Source of the DNA: Chrysomallon squamiferum
Lineage: Eukaryota > Animalia > Mollusca
NCBI GenBank assembly: GCA_012295275.1
Contig: CM022672.1
Location: forward strand, 16,182,001 to 16,246,000
Direction of reading: 5' to 3'
Length of the DNA stretch: 64,000 nt
The position numbers and the translations under genes are program-made. Of this stretch, positions 56,824 to 64,000 are shown in pieces. Positions within the stretch are counted from its first letter, which is position 1. Each line of letters starts with the position of its first letter. A model generated the notes under the pieces. It was given only the letters and a program-made list of their open reading frames with translations, did no database searches and was not told the DNA's origin.

Positions 56824-57950
56824 CTATTCATATCGTCTCCAAGAACAGACAGGTTTTGCCTGTGAAAGTTTTTCTTTGCAAACAGGGCACGAAGGAGACG
56901 CATTGAGAGACAATCTGAGACACCTCCCGTGAAACAGGTGACCACATTTCGTGACCCTTGCTGACGTCATGACGCAGAGACACACGGGACAGATGTCGTT
57001 GTGCTTGGCAAGTTCGTCAGACGATGCTCTTCTGCAGTCTTCTAGAGTCTTTTGCTCTTTCTGGATCTTCTTCCAAACTCGTATTCGAAATTCCATTAGC
57101 GCTACGAACCCATTCAAGTAAATCAGTATTATAGTCAGGTACTCGCCACGTTTCAACGAGTACGCGAACAACACGCAACACAAAGCGCAGTCCATTAATA
57201 TCAACACGCCAAGAAAGTAGTACTCTTCCAGGCCTTCCAAAATATCAAACTGACAATGCCCTATCTGTTTAGTAATAAATCTCTGCAGTTTCGTGTCTGA
57301 AACAGTGAAATACATCATTGTTATTGCAACTTCGAACAGTGAATAGAAGTGATAATAGATTCCAAGTGTGAAAGTGGCGAACATCAGTTCTGCTGCTATA
57401 AACGGAAGATTCAACGGGCGCTTGCACAATGCTGCGCCATCTGCTGTCGAAATATTGGAAGACTCCTCTTCATACACAGCTGCAGAGCGAGACAGAAAGG
57501 AAACAAATACTCTAAAGGCAATAAACCAAGTGATCGACAGAACAACAACATAATCTTTGCTTAATCCGAACAAAGAGAACACGAATGCAATGTGTCTCAT
57601 CCATAAGGGCACGCCCAGCTGCAGATTGGGCAGACGAATGTGCTCCGGCTCTGCGCCGTCCATCAGAATGTCAAATGGCAGGCTGGACAGTGACGATATC
57701 GGATACCAGAGGATGAAGAACAGAAACTCGCTGATGTTGAAGGACAGGTCACGTGATATGTACAAGGACGCAAAGACGACTAAGACGAGAAGATTGATAA
57801 CTGTGAGGAGGAAGAGAAGAACTATAGCGACTTCATTTCCAATCAGAGGTCCAATGACCACAGCAACGACTAGAAGGACTGAAAAATAAAAGTAAAAATA
57901 AAAAAGAAAGAAAGGTAATCTTGAAACATGTCTCCGTCGTCAACAGACAT
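56824..57950 (-). CDS. Multi-pass membrane RING-H2 E3 ubiquitin ligase, RNF145/RNF139(TRC8)-like; N-terminus unresolved
   Basis: The ORF 57861-56824 has several hydrophobic TM segments and a C-terminal C3H2C3 RING (DICPVC...SARVTKCGHLFHGRCLRLSLNASPSCPVC) preceded by ASSDELAKHND, resembling the RNF145/TRC8 RING region. The upstream ATG at 57950 is one base out of frame; alternatively a splice acceptor lies at 57879. Confidence 0.8.
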
Positions 57951-58029
57951 TAAAAGTAATCTTGCGCGCACGTACACACACACACACACACACACACACA
58001 ACAACAACAACAACAACAACAACAACGCG

Positions 58030-58185
58030 AGACTAACGGAAAACCGGAAATTTCCTAAAACCCGATGTTTTACACGGTTCCCTTATTTGCATGTGACACT
58101 AAAATTTACCGCTCTAAACTGCACCAAAGGAAATTATCCGGTACAGTTGTATTTTTTTAACGTCATAAATATTACGTCATAAAAC
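58030..58185 (-). promoter_or_regulatory. Putative promoter of the RING gene
   Basis: ETS-like CCGGAAA (58044), octamer ATTTGCAT (58085-58092) and two CRE-like ACGTCAT sites (about 58160 and 58174) within about 230 bp of the ATG at 57950. Confidence 0.45.
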
Positions 58186-58329
58186 AGTTACACCTATGTC
58201 AAAATTACTGCATTACTTATTCTTTGACTGAATGCGTACACAAAGCTAATTTTAATACATTTTTCTTGGTCCCATAGTTGTGCTGTTTTCAAGGGTTTCA
58301 CTACACACGCATGCTTGCATACATACATA

Positions 58330-58380
<51 letters not shown>

Positions 58381-59411
58381 TATGTGTAGAGTATTGTCAT
58401 ATGTGTATATTATTTGGTACCTTTTCTGCATATTAGTGTCACTTTAATTTAACTTTTATAACCCCTCTACGGAAAATAAAATAAGCTGAAAATACTACTA
58501 CAGTCATTATTTTGATTTCGAAAGAGAAATACAAATATGTAACAATGGGGCTACATGGTGTATGCAAATAAATCTATTACGTTTTCGGTCCAGTAACTCC
58601 AGAGTTAATCAGTCATAACTTACTTATCCTGAAATGATCCTTGGAACAAAGCGTTTCTGAAAACTACTGAAGAGTCAGATTCTTAAAATTTTGGTCACGT
58701 TTAATTATTTCTCGTTGGACTTATTATAAGACCATTTCCTACACTGTCATGTCAACTTATTTTTGTGCGTATTTATATCCCGATAAATTACGTCGTTGAA
58801 AGACGCAGTAATAATAATTATTATCTCGCTAGTCAAAAACAAATACAGAGATAGCGATATAAATAAATTAAGAAATACAACAAAAAAACCCACTAGAAAT
58901 ACTGTTTTCCGAACTCGTCTCATAACGTATAAAAAAATCATGATTACGCATTTAGGTTAACCTTTACTTGTTTGCCAAATCAATTTACGTGTCAGTAATT
59001 AAACACTAAAACCCGCCTGTCCACTATCAGGGCAACCTAGCAGTAAGGATCTTTTTATATATACCTTCCCACAGACAGGAGAAAACTCAACACGGTCTTT
59101 AGCACTGACTGAGGTTTATTACCCATTCCCACCATTCATTCGATTTTTATCGCTTACTGTCAGTCCTGTGTGCGCGCCATCTGTCGAAGAGGAGGCTACT
59201 GATACTAGAATTGACCTTTGATCTTTTGAAATTCACTGTGGTCAGAACATCGGGTCAGCGTGCCCCATGTTGACATAACTCGACCAATCTATCTGTACAC
59301 TCAACTGTGTCAGTTGTTCTGAACCGTTTCAAAGTGAGCATTGTTTAAAATACAAAATAATTTGTGTATCTGTAAATGTCGAAGAGTTCGGAATAATAAA
59401 TAATAATAATA

Positions 59412-59442
<31 letters not shown>

Positions 59443-61111
59443 CGATAACGACAATTATACACACACATACACTCATACCCACATGCATGATATTAAATAA
59501 TTTTACTAATAAAAAGATAATTAAAAATATATAGTAAATAAATAAATTTTAAAAATAATAATCATAAAAAATTAATAATAATAATAATCTGGTATTAAAT
59601 CTTTCTAGCCTAGTGGTGACATGAGGTACATGAGGTATCGATTACTTTCCAACCTGTGTCATGAAATGTGTGTGTGCATGTGTCAAAGGTCGGGTTTTCT
59701 TGGTCGTGAGGAAACTGTTTATAAAAAATCCATTTGTGATTTATCGGCTCGGTGGCGGTTTTTCTTTCATACCAATATCGCAAAATAACGTTTAAAATAA
59801 TAATTAAAATAAATAAATAAACTGTTTTTCTGTGTTGTTAAACATTAATGAATATTCAAATTTTACATTTTTATCGTAATTTAGTCATATATATATTTTA
59901 CGTCTTATTCATCGTGTCTGTGCGTTATATCAGTTATTAGATATTTTACGGTAATTGACTCGTATTTTGCAAGTCTATCTCGTCTGCACGTAATGTAAAC
60001 AGTGTGATGACTTCAGAAATTAACTTTAATTGGTCAACATGGGGAGCTGGTCTACATGTTTCTGAAAGAGGACGCCATCGTAATTATGTTTGACACAACC
60101 TTGAGGATAAAATACATTCGGTAAAAAATAAAAAAATAAAAATAAAAAAATAAAAAAAAATAAAATAAAAAAAACTAAAATGAAAAAAGATGTAAAAATA
60201 AAAATATGGGGGCAGATGGGAGTGCCTGATTGGTCTCCAGGCTACAAACAATAAAATTAAACGTCTTCGTCTGAAATTAAAATAAATTATAAATTATTGT
60301 TTTAAAAATGTTCTTTACGAAAATATGTCTAAAAAGGGGTACTGATATTTCAAAATATATTTAATTATATTATTCAAAACATAATTATTTGTTTACCTTA
60401 TTATTTATTTGTTAATTAATTAATTAATTAGTTTTTTTATTAATTTATTATTTCGTGAATATTCTCAAGGAATGATATTTTACTTGTTTTTTTGTTGTTG
60501 TTTTTTATTTGTTCGTTACGTAGTTAGGCTTCGAGGATATTCGAATTAGCCGCCATTAAGGCAAATGGCGGAAAGTGCCTCCCTGGAAAGCAAACGAACC
60601 AACAAAACAGCAAGGAAACGAGATAAATCTAAACTAATTTAAAATGATACTGTTACCTGATATTGTCCATTCTATGTCGTGCCACACCATTCTTCATTCT
60701 AAATGATTTCTCTTCAGGGCTTGCACCATGAATTGCGTTAAAATGCGTAACAGGAGTACGACCTTTTCGCAGGGAAAGTTGTCGATAACGCAGCGGTTTC
60801 AGTTCCATACAGCATGTCATTCGCTGCCAAGTATCTCATGACACTGCAAGTGATCAGAGTGTAACAAACAGTATTACTTACACGTATTAAACAGTATTAC
60901 TTATTAGAACAACTTACCGTCAATGAAGTACGACAGTGAATTACATCAAACTTTATTTATGCGAGTGTATGCGCGATATAGTTACATATGGAGACGCTTG
61001 CAAGATCACGTAGATTTATTCATTTCTTATTAAATTTAATCAGCCTAGTAATAAGAAGAAGGAAAAAAAGAAAAAGAAGAAAATTATGTCCGTAAAACTA
61101 GCAGTTTCATT

Positions 61112-61182
<71 letters not shown>

Positions 61183-62212
61183 ACACATTACATAAATTTA
61201 AATAAAATAAAAATAAGACGAATTGGACAAATGTATTTATGTATATATGTTAGTAGGTGCGTATGTATGCATGCATGTATGTATATGTTATGTAAATAAT
61301 TATGTAATTATTGTGAAAACGTGACTATCTGTGTATGCATGTGTGTATGTCCATGACACACATACAGTTGTATAGAAACTGAGACAGAGATTCAAATTAT
61401 ATCCATAAATAAATCGCATGCTTTATTAGATGAAAATATATAATATTACCTACCATTACGTTTCTCGTAACTTCGAGCGTTTACTTGATCAACACTCCAC
61501 AGGCTATACAAATTGCCGGCATTTTGTCTATAGACTTGGTAACGAACGAAAAATTCCCAGGCTGCAATTTCCCGTAACCGAAATACTCCGAAGTCGCCAT
61601 TGTTACATAATTTATGATATACAAGATTTTTTGAACAGTTTAATATATCGTCATTTTTTTTCTTCTTTTTAGCAGCCATTAAAATTTGCAGCTTAAAACA
61701 AAATGGTGATGATGCAACATCCGCTGTGCCAGTCATTGCATCATTCGTTGCTTGAAACTGCTTTAATCTGAGTGATCATCACGAATCACGTAGCGTCTGC
61801 GAATTTGCAGGAGACGTCTGCTAACTTGAGTGCACGTGACAGTCTGAAGGAAAAACCGCGCAACTTCTCAGTACCCGTTTTTAACAGAAACATCACAAGC
61901 AAATAAAGGAGCTTGTTTTCCCAGTCTAATGACTTTTTAAATTTATTTATTTATTTATTTTCACTTCATTATTATATTTCTATTTTTATAAAATTTTATT
62001 ATTTAATATTATTTTAATCTTTATATATATATATATAAGAAACAATGATAAAAAAAGACATATATATAAAACTTTATTATTGCATTTTTATTAGTTAATT
62101 GAAAATTATTTGAATCTTTTACGTTTTCTTCATGCTCTTCTTACTACTACTGTCATCCCCACGAAAACAACAACTAATACTTCTAATATTAATACAGTTT
62201 AAAAATAAATAC

Positions 62213-62267
<55 letters not shown>

Positions 62268-62638
62268 GCCTATAATAATAATGTTTAGCTGTTGCCGAAG
62301 AATATTTTCATATTTATGTCATTATGACGTCATTGTATCATTAACGGAATGCAAAAAATAAATAATTTATAATTTTAGAAACTGACAGCACATCGAATAT
62401 CATTTCAGTCTTTAAATTAAAAATCACAATGTCATTATTCGCTAAGCCGTAATATAAATAAAAACGGTTTTTAAATTATGCAGATCTGGTTGTTACGGTA
62501 CTATTTTTTTTATTTTGTTAACGGGGATGAATCCTGTTGCTGATTTATTTTTGTTCATTTTTTTTATTTTTATTATTATTTTACAATTATCACTGTGTGC
62601 TTATCAAACATATATAACTGTATCACTAATTTCTTCCA

Positions 62639-62852
62639 ATGCCTTTGAATCGACACTACACTCCATCACTGGAAAGAGATGGAATTTGGGTAAGTAGTAA
62701 ATAATCGCATACACTGAAATGTTTGAAATACGTTTATGATGTAAATACATTGTCATAATGAAAATAACTGTCATTTTTACTATACAAATTCAATATTTGT
62801 ACATTTGTTATGAATCTTTTTTTCTTCTCTTGTTTTTCTCTAATTTAATGAG

Positions 62853-62894
<42 letters not shown>

Positions 62895-64000
62895 AAATAA
62901 GAAAACAAAAGATTTAAAACAACAACAATAGCAATAATAGTAATGATAACGATGACAACAACAATAATAATTAATAATAATGATAATGAAGACGATGATA
63001 ACAACAACAACATCAAGAACAAAAGTAACAATAAAATTACTAATTCTCTTGTAATTATAGTTTCAGCAAATACACGGCAAACATCAGTGACAATACGCCA
63101 ACGCGCATAACACAAGCATGCGTATCACACACACAGACACACACTAACACATAAACATACGCGCGCGCGCATAAACATAGAAGTGTATGATTATTTTATA
63201 TTTAGCTATTACTGTTACCTCTTACAGTTTACGTGTTTGAACTTCCAGCACTTATTATAATTATATTTGACTACTACTTATTATAATTATATCTGACTAC
63301 TACTTATTATAATTATATCTGACTACTACTTATTATAATTATATCTGACTACTACTTAGTATAATTATATCTGACTACTACTTAGTATAATTATATCTGA
63401 CTACTACTTATTATAATTGTATTTGACTACTTAGTATAATTATATCTGACTACTACTTATTATAATTATATCTGACTACTACTTATTATAATTATATCTG
63501 ACTACTACTTAGTATAATTATATCTGACTACTTCTTATTATAACTATATCTGACTACTGCTTATTATAATTATTTTTGACTACTTCTTATTATAATTATA
63601 TCTGACTACTACTTATGATAATTATATCTGACTACTACTTATTATAATTGTATCTGACTACCACTTATTATAATTATATCTGACTACTACTTATTATAAT
63701 TATATCTGACTACCACTTATTATAATTATATCTGACTACTATTTATTATAATTATATCTGACTACTGCTTATTATAATTATATTTGACTACTATTTATTA
63801 TAATTATATCTGACTACTGCTGCTTATAATTATATCTACAACTTATTATAATTATATCTGACTACTGCTTATTATAATTATATTTGACTACTACTTATTA
63901 TAATTATATCTGACTACTACTGCTGGTTGTGATATTTCAGTACAAACACCACAGCCACGGCGGCGTCGTGCACGAAGGACCTCTGCAGTCGACCACAAAC
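62639..64000 (+). CDS. Putative TEX36-like protein, first two coding exons, truncated by the window edge
   Basis: Exon 62639-62689 (ATG...TGG|GTAAGT, phase 0) joined to the exon after TTTCAG at 63941 gives MPLNRHYTPSLERDGIW-YKHHSHGGVVHEGPLQSTTN. This resembles the TEX36 N-terminal pattern M..GR.F.P....DG.WF.H as recalled, not searched. Confidence 0.5.
63251..63921. repeat. 26-bp minisatellite, about 26 copies, highly homogeneous
   Basis: Unit cttattataattatatctgactacta. Confidence 0.97.

Noticed and set aside
56603-57889. Plus-strand ORFs overlapping the RING gene
   Set aside because: Antisense shadows with no recognisable domains.
63251-63921. Regular 26-bp array considered as CRISPR-like
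   Set aside because: Units are head-to-tail with no unique spacers, there are no cas genes and the context is eukaryotic.

Overview
AT-rich, microsatellite-dense animal genomic DNA with spliceosomal GT-AG introns, probably a mollusc or other lophotrochozoan (inference). No prokaryotic features, RNA genes or CRISPR arrays were seen. Four genes are well supported: a fem-1 homolog with an intronless CDS (21143-23062, +), a 12-coding-exon MFSD10-like transporter (28604-34947, +, 468 aa, all exon phases reconcile), a CYP26-type retinoic-acid hydroxylase (5 coding exons, about 48937-53843, +) and a multi-TM RING-H2 ligase of the RNF145/RNF139 type (minus strand, about 57950-56824, N-terminus unresolved). 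Two partial genes were read by eye: the 5' end of an unidentified minus-strand gene (exons near 11.0 and 10.17 kb) and the first two exons of a TEX36-like gene at the right edge. Repeats include a decayed Tigger transposon, a second Tigger 3' end, a MITE and several minisatellites. The most notable signal is a dense array of nuclear-receptor direct repeats in the ~7 kb upstream of CYP26: one perfect DR5, two consensus DR1s and several near-consensus DR5/DR1/IR0 elements. This is a candidate retinoid (RXR/RAR) feedback module. All coordinates were counted by hand and family assignments rest on motif recognition, not database searches.
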